From the NCBI GenBank assembly GCA_016778305.1, contig JADHPT010000001.1, positions 64,320 to 128,319 of the forward strand: a DNA stretch of 64,000 bases, written 5' to 3'. Origin of the DNA: Poseidonia sp. GTDB lineage: Archaea > Thermoplasmatota > Poseidoniia > Poseidoniales > Poseidoniaceae. The translations under genes were made by a program, and so were the position numbers. The stretch's first letter is position 1. Every line of letters begins with the position of its first letter. The notes beneath the pieces were generated by a model. It saw nothing but the letters and a program-made list of their open reading frames with translations. It was not told the DNA's origin and did not search any database. Shown here piece after piece: positions 22,455 to 31,757 of this stretch.

Positions 22455-23417
22455 ATGGGAGCCTCCACAGTGATTCTCATTGCCGTCAATCAAGCAGATA
22501 TCGCCAGTCTCAACCAGGGTGAATCACTCCGCAACCTGTTGAAGTGGGATTTTCATCCCAATGTTGAGGGGCATCCAGCGTTTTCGCATCTTCATCTTCG
22601 TATGTGGTATCTACCAGACGGCCTCCTGTTCGAAGATTATCTTGATCGTCGTTGGACAGAAGCAACAGGAGAACTTGTTGGAGAGGTCATCTTTCCTTCA
22701 CGCCACGCAGCCACCAGCGGTCGTGCATCACTCACGCTTCACCCCATCGGTGTGCCTCATCTGCCTCAAGGTGAACAGGGGCCTTATGGTGGATTTGGAG
22801 GACAATCCCCTCCACCGAACCCACGTCTTGCTTCGTGGTGGAAATTATTGCTTGAGCGTGCACCAATGCATACCGAGGTTGAAGGCTTTGATCTATCGTT
22901 AGAAGTAACGCATCATGGCCCGTTTCTAAACGCACCAGCCCTCTTTATTGAAGTTGGTTCAACCGAGGCTACATGGGGCCACGAAGGCGCTGCGAATCTC
23001 TTGGCTGAACTTATCCGTGATGGATTATTGAGCCCAAATATCAATACCTGGTCGGATGTGAAAAAGAAAGGGGACCAAGTCGTACTTGTAACCCTCGGTG
23101 GTGGACATTATGCGCCACGAGCCAATGCACTTGCAGCCCTTGATAATGTCTGGTTAGGTCATATGTTGGCTTCTTATGCCCTGCCGTTTATACACGTTGA
23201 GGGTGGTGAACCGAAAGGTACGTGGAAGCAGGCCATCAACGATGCAATCACCTCAACACGCAAGGCATTTCCCGAGGGTGAAATTGTCGTCTCAATGGAC
23301 AAGAAGGCGTTCAAAGGTTGGCAACGTCAGGCCGTTCGCGAGCATCTTGAGGTTTTGAGGGTGCCATTGTTGACCACAAGGCAAATTAAATCACGCCTCG
23401 AAGGTACAGATGAATAA
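22455..23417 (+). CDS. dtdA: D-aminoacyl-tRNA deacylase (archaeal DTD2 type)
   Basis: IFPSRH, LTLHP.G, LEVTHHGP, FIEVGSTE..W, GGGHYAP, GHM motifs. Confidence 0.92.
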   Translation: MGASTVILIAVNQADIASLNQGESLRNLLKWDFHPNVEGHPAFSHLHLRMWYLPDGLLFEDYLDRRWTEATGELVGEVIFPSRHAATSGRASLTLHPIGVPHLPQGEQGPYGGFGGQSPPPNPRLASWWKLLLERAPMHTEVEGFDLSLEVTHHGPFLNAPALFIEVGSTEATWGHEGAANLLAELIRDGLLSPNINTWSDVKKKGDQVVLVTLGGGHYAPRANALAALDNVWLGHMLASYALPFIHVEGGEPKGTWKQAINDAITSTRKAFPEGEIVVSMDKKAFKGWQRQAVREHLEVLRVPLLTTRQIKSRLEGTDE

Positions 23418-23456
23418 GCACAAAGGGTCAAAGAGTGCCTATATGGTCGGTAGTTC

Positions 23457-24434
23457 ATGGTTGGGTGGTTCTCTCGGACCGTTGTTGCAGTAACCTTGCG
23501 AATGCCGAGATGGTTTGTTCGCTGGGTCAGTCGCCGTTATGTGGCAGGAGCAACCTTGGATGATGCAGTTACCATCATGAAACGCCTTTCATCAGAAGGT
23601 GCATGCTTCACCATCGATGTTCTGGGTGAAGAAATCTCTACATTGGATGAGGCTCAGTATTTTTTTGATGAATATGTTCGTGCCATCGAGGCTATACAAC
23701 AACATGGACTTGATGCCAATCTCAGCATCAAACCAACTGCTTTTGGCCTCCTCGTTGATGAAGAAGCCGGAATGAATAATATGCGTAAACTTGTGAAGAT
23801 GGCAGCAGAGCACGAAATGTTTGTTCGCTTGGATATGGAAGATCATCGGGTTACATCAGCTACCATCAAGGCCGTGGTCGATCTTCACAGCGAGGGTTTA
23901 ACCAATGTAGGGACCGTTCTTCAAGGTCGTTTATTCCGCAGTTTGGCCGATATTGACGCATTGGAAACCGAAATCGGTCCTCACGCAGATTACAGGATTT
24001 GCAAGGGAATATATCTCGAACCCGAAGAGATTTCCTTCACCTCGTACAAAGATATCGTTGATGCAACGAATGCTTGTGTGGATAAAATGCTTGAAGCAGG
24101 TGCATATGTGGGTATTGCGAGTCATGATTATCCGGTCATCGACCATGCTCTGGAGGCATTAGAATCACATAACCTTGGGCCTGGTAAAGAAGATACTCGC
24201 AACAATGCAGGCCCACCTCGCCTCAACAAAGGCCCCGGGTATGAATTTCAATTGCTTCTAGGTGTGCGTGGTCCGCTTCGAAGAAAGTTGTTGAAGCAGG
24301 GGCACCGTACTCGTGTTTACATCCCCTATGGAGAAAAGTGGTACGAATACAGTATTCGCCGTCTCAAAGAAAATCCAACGATTGGCACTCAGGTGGCCAA
24401 GGCATTCATGATGCCATGGACGAATAGGCCGTAA
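23457..24434 (+). CDS. Monofunctional proline dehydrogenase
   Basis: RRYVAG, DVLGE, SIKPT, RLDMED, RICKGIY.EP, IASHD, EFQLLLGVR, RVYIPYG..WYEYSIRRLKENP. Confidence 0.93.
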   Translation: MVGWFSRTVVAVTLRMPRWFVRWVSRRYVAGATLDDAVTIMKRLSSEGACFTIDVLGEEISTLDEAQYFFDEYVRAIEAIQQHGLDANLSIKPTAFGLLVDEEAGMNNMRKLVKMAAEHEMFVRLDMEDHRVTSATIKAVVDLHSEGLTNVGTVLQGRLFRSLADIDALETEIGPHADYRICKGIYLEPEEISFTSYKDIVDATNACVDKMLEAGAYVGIASHDYPVIDHALEALESHNLGPGKEDTRNNAGPPRLNKGPGYEFQLLLGVRGPLRRKLLKQGHRTRVYIPYGEKWYEYSIRRLKENPTIGTQVAKAFMMPWTNRP

Positions 24435-25208
24435 TCAGCGCCTTGGTTTCTTCTGCCTACGCTTTGTGGATGTGTTGGGGTTTACACCCTTCTTCACATG
24501 TTCCTTGGGTTGAATTGGGTTAGGATTGAAGCCAAGTTTACCTTCTTTCCATGCTTGTCGTCGTTCTCGAGGTGTTCGAGGTGCAAAGTGTTCCTCATTG
24601 GGAGGTTCATGAAGATACATTCGCTTGATATCAGGTGCTTTGACCGTGCCGCGGAGTGTTCGACCAGCACCTGTATGGATGGCACGAATCCTCCAAGTTT
24701 CTCCTTTATGATCAATCAACTTAGAGGCGGTAAAGGTCGTATCTTGTGTGACCAAAATGACATCCGGTTGGGAATCTTCACCGCGGGTCAGGGTCAGTTT
24801 CACTCGGACCATGTCCGTGCGGATGGCGGTAATCCTGACGATGTTGGTTGCATAACCTGAATTGTGGTGTTTTCCGTCAGCATCTTCGAGTTGGTGAACT
24901 CGCCACAGTTTTTCATTCTCTTCAAATACATCATTCAGATGAAACTCCTCATCGGCATCTATGACCAGAACCACTCGTTCGGAATGGGGCCCATCGGTCA
25001 GGATGAATGGGATCTTCACAGGCGCAGGCGGTCTGAATTCAACCGTGTGGACGTGATGGCATGTTTCGCATTGTACCTTAAAATCAACACCGTTTCCAAC
25101 AGACTTCTCGTGAAGGATTTGATGACCCTGCATCTCATCACAAGCGGGGCAATGGGTGGCATTGTCCAGGACTTCTTCGTCCTCTTCCCACGCATCTTCT
25201 TCATCCAT
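24435..25208 (-). CDS. HVO_0476-like archaeal zinc-finger protein
   Basis: CPAC..H.IL...VQCETCHHVH N-terminal finger with duplicated beta module and basic tail; ATG at 25208 preferred. Confidence 0.7.
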   Translation of the reverse strand: MDEEDAWEEDEEVLDNATHCPACDEMQGHQILHEKSVGNGVDFKVQCETCHHVHTVEFRPPAPVKIPFILTDGPHSERVVLVIDADEEFHLNDVFEENEKLWRVHQLEDADGKHHNSGYATNIVRITAIRTDMVRVKLTLTRGEDSQPDVILVTQDTTFTASKLIDHKGETWRIRAIHTGAGRTLRGTVKAPDIKRMYLHEPPNEEHFAPRTPRERRQAWKEGKLGFNPNPIQPKEHVKKGVNPNTSTKRRQKKPRR

Positions 25209-25308
25209 AGGTGATTCCCTCGTTTGCAAGGCACGGCCACCATCGTTTGAACCCTCCGTTGTTGATGGCGGTACGAGCCTTCAAGATACTGGGCGCTGAC
25301 GAAAGTAC

Positions 25309-26043
25309 ATGGCCAGTGAAGATGCCGAAGTGGAACGCTCAGATATTCTCACCCATTTGATGGCCAAAGATGGCCAACAACCTCGTCATGAGCCTGAAAT
25401 TGCAGCGAACATCGGTCAGCAACTTCAGCACATGGGATTGACGACCTGGTCCATTTCTATTCATCGAAGGCTGCGTGATGCCTTGGTTCGCCTTGCACCT
25501 CAATCCGTACTTGAAGTAGGTGCGAGCATTGGACATCGAACCGCTTGGCTTCTCGATGCTTTTGAACGTGAACAAGTCCCTAAGCATCTCACGCTGGTTG
25601 AACAAGGCGCAAAATTTGGTGTGATTCTTCATCGTCTCGTGACTCGATACGACGCCTTGAATTGGACCGACATCGTCGTAGGTGAGCCCTTGCAACTTGC
25701 AGCAGACCACGCAGCATGGTCAATAGCCACCACCATCTCTACAGAACTTTCAGAGACGAAATTCCAATCTTCATACGATGCGATCATCATCGACGGGCCA
25801 TCACCCAATCGTGCGGAACTCGTGAAGACCTACCTGCCTATGCTCTCTGCGAATGGGGTCCTCTTTACCAAAGAACCAGACATGCCAACAGGTGAAGTTG
25901 ATGCAGATGATGAACAGGGAATGGCTCTTGTCAATGGATTCAATGCTTGGATGGATTTGATTCGTCAGACCCAAGTCACACACCACGTGGCCTTCATGCC
26001 GCTCTTTGGTGGAACCCTTGTGGCTTGGTTGCCTATGTCATGA
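25309..26043 (+). CDS. Class I SAM-dependent (O-)methyltransferase-like protein
   Basis: VLEVGASIG motif I, YDAIIIDG, LSANGVL. Confidence 0.75.
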   Translation: MASEDAEVERSDILTHLMAKDGQQPRHEPEIAANIGQQLQHMGLTTWSISIHRRLRDALVRLAPQSVLEVGASIGHRTAWLLDAFEREQVPKHLTLVEQGAKFGVILHRLVTRYDALNWTDIVVGEPLQLAADHAAWSIATTISTELSETKFQSSYDAIIIDGPSPNRAELVKTYLPMLSANGVLFTKEPDMPTGEVDADDEQGMALVNGFNAWMDLIRQTQVTHHVAFMPLFGGTLVAWLPMS

Positions 26044-27204
26044 ACTTTCGGCTTGTGCCAATAATGCCTGAATGTTGAGCATGCCGTAGCCATACTTGTC
26101 ATCGTGCCCGGTTTGATCCTCTCCCGGTACGGCACTTTCCATAAGCCAATTTTTGACTGTATTGACGGTATCACTCGAACCCGTTTCATTGGCACGTAAT
26201 TCAGGATTCTGCTGCAGAAGAAGAGCCAAAGCTCCCGTCACATATACCGTAGCGGCACTGGTCCCATCGGCAAGGCCCCAGCCACCATCCTTGGTGAGTA
26301 CTGGGACGGCTTGGGCAGGGGCAACAATCTCAGGCTTTTGATTCGGGTCGCCGCGAGGTAGAATGATTGGGAGCGGTAAGATTCGGCCGTTATTATCTCC
26401 CTCAGAAGAACCAGACCATGATGTTCCGGAGAGTGTTACGCCACCCACTGAAATGACTTGTTGTTCACTGGATGGATGGGCAACATCTCCATCATCGTCA
26501 GGTCCTCCATCATTTCCTGCGGCTGCAACAACATAGATGCCAGCATCAATTGCCTCATTGGAGGCATCTCCTGAATTCCGTCCCGAACCCAGATTGAACG
26601 GTAAGACATCGGGTGCTCCACCTAGTGAGAGAGAGATAATGTGGGCACCGTTGCTAACACACCAGTCGATGGCCTCTGCAACCATCCCGTCATCTCCACT
26701 TCCGTCACTCCCAAGAGCCTTAGCCACAAGAAGGTCGACATCATTGGCAACACCTTTCATCCATCCATTGGCAACAAGAATGCCAGCCATTGAAGTGCCG
26801 TGCCCGTGGTCATCGTAAGGATCTGCTCGATCGTTGACAAAATCCTTCCAACCAGCCAATTGTAGCTCGCTAAAATCACTGTGTCCCATTGATATGCCCG
26901 AATCTACGATGCAAACGGTGACGTCTGGGGCGGCTGAGCCGCTTCCAGGTACATTCACAAGATCGTTGTAGTCCGAATGGCGTTCAAGTGCCATTTCACT
27001 GGGCCGCAGCAGGATCGCACCATCCGTCATGACAACTGCGACGAGGTATCCTGCTGCCAGAATCATCGTGATACCAAGTGTGAACGATACAATACGGCGT
27101 ATCATACGCATGTCATCCCCCACCGTCACATGACCCCCAGCAACGCTTACGGTGGCTTCAGGTGCAACATCCACGGCAACACTTGCAATTTCATCTACAG
27201 GCAT
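26038..27204 (-). CDS. Membrane-tethered S8 subtilisin-like protease
   Basis: Triad IVDSG, HGHGTSMAG, DGTSAA; oxyanion AAGN; N-terminal TM. ATG at 27204 sits just after the csd stop (alternative start near 27110). Confidence 0.9.
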   Translation of the reverse strand: MPVDEIASVAVDVAPEATVSVAGGHVTVGDDMRMIRRIVSFTLGITMILAAGYLVAVVMTDGAILLRPSEMALERHSDYNDLVNVPGSGSAAPDVTVCIVDSGISMGHSDFSELQLAGWKDFVNDRADPYDDHGHGTSMAGILVANGWMKGVANDVDLLVAKALGSDGSGDDGMVAEAIDWCVSNGAHIISLSLGGAPDVLPFNLGSGRNSGDASNEAIDAGIYVVAAAGNDGGPDDDGDVAHPSSEQQVISVGGVTLSGTSWSGSSEGDNNGRILPLPIILPRGDPNQKPEIVAPAQAVPVLTKDGGWGLADGTSAATVYVTGALALLLQQNPELRANETGSSDTVNTVKNWLMESAVPGEDQTGHDDKYGYGMLNIQALLAQAESS

Positions 27205-27208
27205 CTTC

Positions 27209-28426
27209 TCATCCCAAGGTATGAACAATTTCAGTCAGAGTATCTACGAAGCGTTTGACGTCCTCTTCGGTATTGTAGAAGTATGCGGATGCACGGAGCG
27301 ACCCTTGAGGTAATCCTTTGTCCGCAAACCAAGAATGAACACAGTGTTGTCCGCTTCGAACCATGACTCCAGCGGCTTCATCAAGAAGCAGTGCAACATC
27401 ATGAGTCGGAAGTTCATCCAAGAGAATTGAACAAATTCCTCCACGTTGTGTAGCATCTTCGGGTCCGATGATTTCCAAACCAGCGATATCCTTCACTCCT
27501 TTCGTCATGATCTTATTGAGCTTGATCTCATGTTGATGCACGGCGTTCATGTCAAGTGTCGTGAGGTATTCAACGGCTGCGCCGGTGGCGACCATGCCTG
27601 AAAAATTCCCAAGTCCACCTTCAAATCGTGCTGGAGGTTGAGCCCAACTGGCTTCGGTGTATGTTGACGAAGTCACAGTTTGTCCGCCGGATTGAATGGT
27701 TCTCAGGTCGTCTAATAAGTCGTAACGCCCCCAAAGGCCACCCATACCGGAAGGTCCACACATTTTGTGAATGGAGAATGAAAGGAAATCAATACCAAGT
27801 TCTTGTACGTCTACATTCATGTGAGGAGTTGATTGGGCTCCATCTACCGAGACAAGGGCATCAAAGTCATGAGCGATTTTCGCGATTTCTTGGATTGGTA
27901 TTGATACGCCGTCAAGGTTGCCCACGTGACTCATGGAGACCATTCGCAAGTTCGAACCAGCCTCCTTACATGATTCCTCAAAGGCTTCGAGATCGAAGGT
28001 ATTATTTTCATGACTCTTGACTACTCTGTGGTCAATACCACGTTCTTGTTCAAGTTGAAGCCACGGGACTAAATTGGAGTTGTGTTCTCGGTCTGTAGTG
28101 AGGACAACATCTCCCTTATTCCAGCTCATTCCATGCGCGATTTGGTTGAGTGAATGGGTCGCATTTCTTGTGAATACGATCTCATTTGTTGATTCAGCGT
28201 TAATGAATGCAGCAAGACCTTTCCTCGCATCCCTCACTCCTTTTGATACAGCCGTTCCATAGCGATGCACTGAACGGCCTCCACAGCCAGGTGTTTCGGT
28301 GTAATATCGGTGAATGCTATCAATCACAGACTGGGGTTTCAACGTGACGCAGGCATTGTCCAAATAGGCTGGTGCATCGCTACTACGAAGCGTTGGAAAA
28401 TCTTCTCGCATTGTCTTAAAATCCAT
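27209..28426 (-). CDS. sufS: Cysteine desulfurase, SufS/Csd family
   Basis: YLDNA, EHNSNLVPW, DGAQ, FSIHKMCGP.G.G (PLP Lys), RSGQHC, RASAYFYNT. Confidence 0.92.
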   Translation of the reverse strand: MDFKTMREDFPTLRSSDAPAYLDNACVTLKPQSVIDSIHRYYTETPGCGGRSVHRYGTAVSKGVRDARKGLAAFINAESTNEIVFTRNATHSLNQIAHGMSWNKGDVVLTTDREHNSNLVPWLQLEQERGIDHRVVKSHENNTFDLEAFEESCKEAGSNLRMVSMSHVGNLDGVSIPIQEIAKIAHDFDALVSVDGAQSTPHMNVDVQELGIDFLSFSIHKMCGPSGMGGLWGRYDLLDDLRTIQSGGQTVTSSTYTEASWAQPPARFEGGLGNFSGMVATGAAVEYLTTLDMNAVHQHEIKLNKIMTKGVKDIAGLEIIGPEDATQRGGICSILLDELPTHDVALLLDEAAGVMVRSGQHCVHSWFADKGLPQGSLRASAYFYNTEEDVKRFVDTLTEIVHTLG

Positions 28427-29556
28427 CACCACACATCCTGATCTGGGAAGTAATCGAGCGCTGGTGCATTGACTCCACAGGCCTTGCATTCCAGCCGACT
28501 GGGCATCTTGGTGTCACAGGTCGCACACGCCATACCGATAGCGACCATGGTTGAGCACCCCGTATTGTGGCATGGATGGACAAGTGCTCCAGACGCTTCC
28601 CTTGCCAGCAATGAAGGTTCTGAACACTCAGGACACATGGCTTTCACGACAGTGTTCCTAGGTTCTCCTTCCATTTCAATGGCTGCATCCAGTGCGGCAC
28701 GGGTTCTGACTCTCGCTTGGTTTCCGAGCATGCGTTGGGGGTACCAGAGGATGAAGAAAAACAAGGGCATGGAAATAGATCCGCTTAGCAGATGCACGAT
28801 AAGGTATCCATAATTTTCATCACCGTAGGACGAAATGTGGCGGGTACCTGTCCATGATGCGATTATAATCAACGCAATCCAAACTCCAAATATTGCTGTC
28901 CATCCTTTCAATGAATGTTCTGCCATCTCAATTTCCATCATGCGCACGTCTTCATGCAAATGGTTGATTTCAACATGGAGGTCACGAGTTTCAATGACCG
29001 CTTTCCAGAAGAAAAACAAGAAGAAAAAGACGACCAAGATGATCAATGTCCCTTCCATCATTTCTGATAAATTGAGGCCAGAAGGAAATGCGGAATTATT
29101 TCGCTGGAAGAAAATTTGAGATACCATCAAACCATTCCACATCACGAGGAGGGAAATTGCATGAACTCGCATCACCGGGAAGAGTGTCCATGCTTGGTAC
29201 ACAAACCAAGCCCACAGGAGGATTGAAAGGAGAATTTGGAAGAATTGAAATCCACTGACTGCTAAAATGCCATCGACTCCGGATATCGTTGCATCCCCTC
29301 CACCCCATAATTCGGGGGATATCGATCCTAAACAGAAGGCCAGCATCCCAAAAAGAAGGGCTGAAACATGCTGTTTCTTCCAGTCGTTTCTCAATAAATT
29401 GAATTGGAAATACCATTCACGAACGATCGTATTGACTTCATTTGCAAGTGGGTACCTCTGGGGAATAGCAAAGGCAAACTCCATCTCAGCCATCCGAAAT
29501 GGTAGATTGGTGTGTCGGCGACCGCCGAGGTCGCCTTCAACCGTCTCCTCGGCCAT
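28426..29556 (-). CDS. Multi-pass membrane protein with C-terminal multi-Cys zinc ribbons
   Basis: About 6 TM segments; CPEC, C...GC, CATC, CKAC; TGATG coupling to sufS. Confidence 0.7.
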   Translation of the reverse strand: MAEETVEGDLGGRRHTNLPFRMAEMEFAFAIPQRYPLANEVNTIVREWYFQFNLLRNDWKKQHVSALLFGMLAFCLGSISPELWGGGDATISGVDGILAVSGFQFFQILLSILLWAWFVYQAWTLFPVMRVHAISLLVMWNGLMVSQIFFQRNNSAFPSGLNLSEMMEGTLIILVVFFFLFFFWKAVIETRDLHVEINHLHEDVRMMEIEMAEHSLKGWTAIFGVWIALIIIASWTGTRHISSYGDENYGYLIVHLLSGSISMPLFFFILWYPQRMLGNQARVRTRAALDAAIEMEGEPRNTVVKAMCPECSEPSLLAREASGALVHPCHNTGCSTMVAIGMACATCDTKMPSRLECKACGVNAPALDYFPDQDVW

Positions 29557-29663
29557 GGTTCACGCTGGGTGTTGCCCCTTTGAGTCCTTCCGCCTGTTAG
29601 GCTTGGAATGATTCAACTTCAAGCGTGACGGTTAAACGAAGGAGGGGGCTCGGCGGGATAAGA

Positions 29664-29749
29664 GCCGAGATCGCATAGCCTGGTAGTGCGCGCGACTGGA
29701 AATCGCGTGGGCCTGTCCCTCGGGAGTTCAAATCTCTCTCTCGGCGCCA
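29664..29749 (+). tRNA. tRNA-Ser(GGA), CCA encoded
   Basis: Acceptor GCCGAGA/TCTCGGC, anticodon arm CGCGA-CT-GGA-AA-TCGCG, long variable arm, GTTCAAATC T-loop, G discriminator. Confidence 0.97.
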
Positions 29750-29790
29750 CAACCACAACCTCCATGACATGATGAAAGTTGGTGCATCTC

Positions 29791-31326
29791 ATGGAGCAGG
29801 AAGAAAACGTCAACCACCGGCGGTGGGGGATTGTCTTTGTTCTCGGAATCTTTCTTCACGTGTACGCTGCTTTTCATAGCGACCTTGGCTTGGATTCACA
29901 CGTCCGACTTAACGCATTGAACGATGAGTCGTCCAATGGTCAAGTTTTATCTTGGGGCTCACCGCGCATCAGCGATTCATCCAGCACGAACTCCAGTGCT
30001 GTTTACGACGGTTACATCCCGCCTTGGAACACCAGCGAGGCTGCGATGAAAATCACGGCCATCGCCTCCTTGGTATTGGTCGCCTTTGTTGTTTCTTGCC
30101 GAAGACAGGATGAATCTTCAACCGTTCGTATTGAACCGTTATGGGGGGCTTTGCTAATGATGAGTCCGGTTCTCATGTTTTCGACCAGCAGAGGATACGA
30201 TGAGGCACCGCTTGCCCTTCTGATGGGGCTTGGCGTGGTTGGATTTTGGTTCAATCGGGGTGAATCCATAGCCCACCAGCGACTCAACGGTCTACTCATG
30301 GCCACCTCGGTGTTGTTGGTTATGGTGTGGAAAGGATTCCCCCCTGTTTCCTCGCTCACGGCTTGGTTGGTAATGGTCCTCCTCACCGAGGCTTGGGTTG
30401 GGTTGCATCGCTCGGGTTCGTACACCGGTGAAGATCAACTTCTAGGTAACCCTTGGTCAGTGGGAATGTTGGCGTTCTTCGTGGTGTACTTTGGTGTGAT
30501 ATTTGTTGGGCTCATGTCCTCAACAGGCACCTTCTCAATCATTGGCGAAGAACCGCTCAACTTCGTCATCGCTTCGGTTTTTGCCGTGATTGATGCGGCG
30601 GTTTTGTATTTGTTGTTGGGATGCCTACTTTGGCCGTTCTTTGTGACTCGATGGAGACGTTTGCGGTCAGCCCGTGGACCCGGTTTGACCATGCTCGTGG
30701 TCTACATCAGTGCTCTCTCGGCCGGACTGGTTGCGTATATCGCTTCCCTCTGGACGTTAGAGGCGTCGCTCTGGAATATGAGTTTGGCCAACACCATGAT
30801 GGTATTGGGCAATAACGGCAGGTACGCCACCTTGCTCCTGATACCGGTAGCGGCGTTACTACGCTGGGATGATTTAACCGACAGCAACGAGCCTCTAAAA
30901 GAAACAAATTATTCACTTCGCGCCGTTGTTCTTGTTCTACCCTTCCTTTTGTTCACCACTCTGGTTGGCCATCAAATTTGGTCCGAGGACGCAGGTGAAC
31001 TCTTGTTTCAATCGTGGGATGAGGATGACGATACTGTGCTACTCGTTGCACAAGAATCGATGGCAATCCACCATTTGTATGTCCTCAAAACGAATCTGGA
31101 CCCCGACGGGGCAACGGGTGCCAAAGGTCTGTGGGTGACTCCAGATGATGCAATGGATTTAATCGAGCAACATCCGGCTACGATTGATTATGTCCTGCTC
31201 GCACCTGGAACGACGGTAGATGCTAATCTCTCATCGTGGGTTTTGATTGATTCACAAGAGGTTCCAGTCTCAGTACCAGGTGGTATACAGAGTGGCGCAT
31301 GGTCACTATACCGTCTATCGGTGTAA
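29791..31326 (+). CDS. Polytopic membrane protein, possibly GT-C-fold glycosyltransferase-like
   Basis: About 11 TM segments, acidic loop motif (RGYDEA), NNGRY motif, soluble C-terminal domain. The GT-C call is an inference. Confidence 0.55.
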   Translation: MEQEENVNHRRWGIVFVLGIFLHVYAAFHSDLGLDSHVRLNALNDESSNGQVLSWGSPRISDSSSTNSSAVYDGYIPPWNTSEAAMKITAIASLVLVAFVVSCRRQDESSTVRIEPLWGALLMMSPVLMFSTSRGYDEAPLALLMGLGVVGFWFNRGESIAHQRLNGLLMATSVLLVMVWKGFPPVSSLTAWLVMVLLTEAWVGLHRSGSYTGEDQLLGNPWSVGMLAFFVVYFGVIFVGLMSSTGTFSIIGEEPLNFVIASVFAVIDAAVLYLLLGCLLWPFFVTRWRRLRSARGPGLTMLVVYISALSAGLVAYIASLWTLEASLWNMSLANTMMVLGNNGRYATLLLIPVAALLRWDDLTDSNEPLKETNYSLRAVVLVLPFLLFTTLVGHQIWSEDAGELLFQSWDEDDDTVLLVAQESMAIHHLYVLKTNLDPDGATGAKGLWVTPDDAMDLIEQHPATIDYVLLAPGTTVDANLSSWVLIDSQEVPVSVPGGIQSGAWSLYRLSV

Positions 31327-31377
31327 TGACTTGATTCGCGAAGCGGTTATATCCGTTTGGCTGGTGGGGCGACCATT

Positions 31378-31452
31378 GCCACCGTGGCTTAGGGGTATAG
31401 CACCTCATTGGTAATGAGGAGGTCGCGAGTTCAAATCTCGCCGGTGGCTCCA
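31378..31452 (+). tRNA. tRNA-Thr(GGT), CCA encoded
   Basis: Acceptor GCCACCG/CGGTGGC, CCTCA-TT-GGT-AA-TGAGG, GTTCAAATC; TTATAT box 31 nt upstream. Confidence 0.97.
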
Positions 31453-31565
31453 TTCTTCGCAAGCTTTGCAAGGTCTGAAAATACCCTTTCCTTCCTTGAA
31501 AATACCTCAATGTATAAGAGGTGATTTGGGTAAATTCGCAGTGAGAAGGCAACTTCTCAGATGGG

Positions 31566-31757
31566 ATGCACATGCAGCGAGAGCAAGAAAAAACAGCAGA
31601 AATGCAAAAGAGAGTTAAGGATTTACAACACCAAGTTGACGAATTGAAAGAATTGGTCAACACCTTGTTGAGCGTTATCGTCGAAGAGCCAGACGGGGTA
31701 CATTCAGGTGCTGCACCAACAATTCCTGGTCACGGACTCAATCAAGTCTGCATGTGA
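31566..31757 (+). CDS. Small coiled-coil protein (63 aa)
   Basis: Heptad pattern (VKDLQHQVDELKELVNTLL); own TATA-like TGTATAA at 31511; stop abuts the rtcB stop. Confidence 0.6.
   Translation: MHMQREQEKTAEMQKRVKDLQHQVDELKELVNTLLSVIVEEPDGVHSGAAPTIPGHGLNQVCM

Noticed and set aside
31561-31647. Alternative 28-aa Cys/Lys-rich ORF (MGCTCSESKKK...)
   Set aside because: It overlaps the better-supported coiled-coil ORF and has no independent evidence.
29664-31757. Integrated element at tRNA-Ser or tRNA-Thr
   Set aside because: There is no integrase and no duplicated tRNA 3' end; the shared GTTCAAATCTC is just the T-arm.
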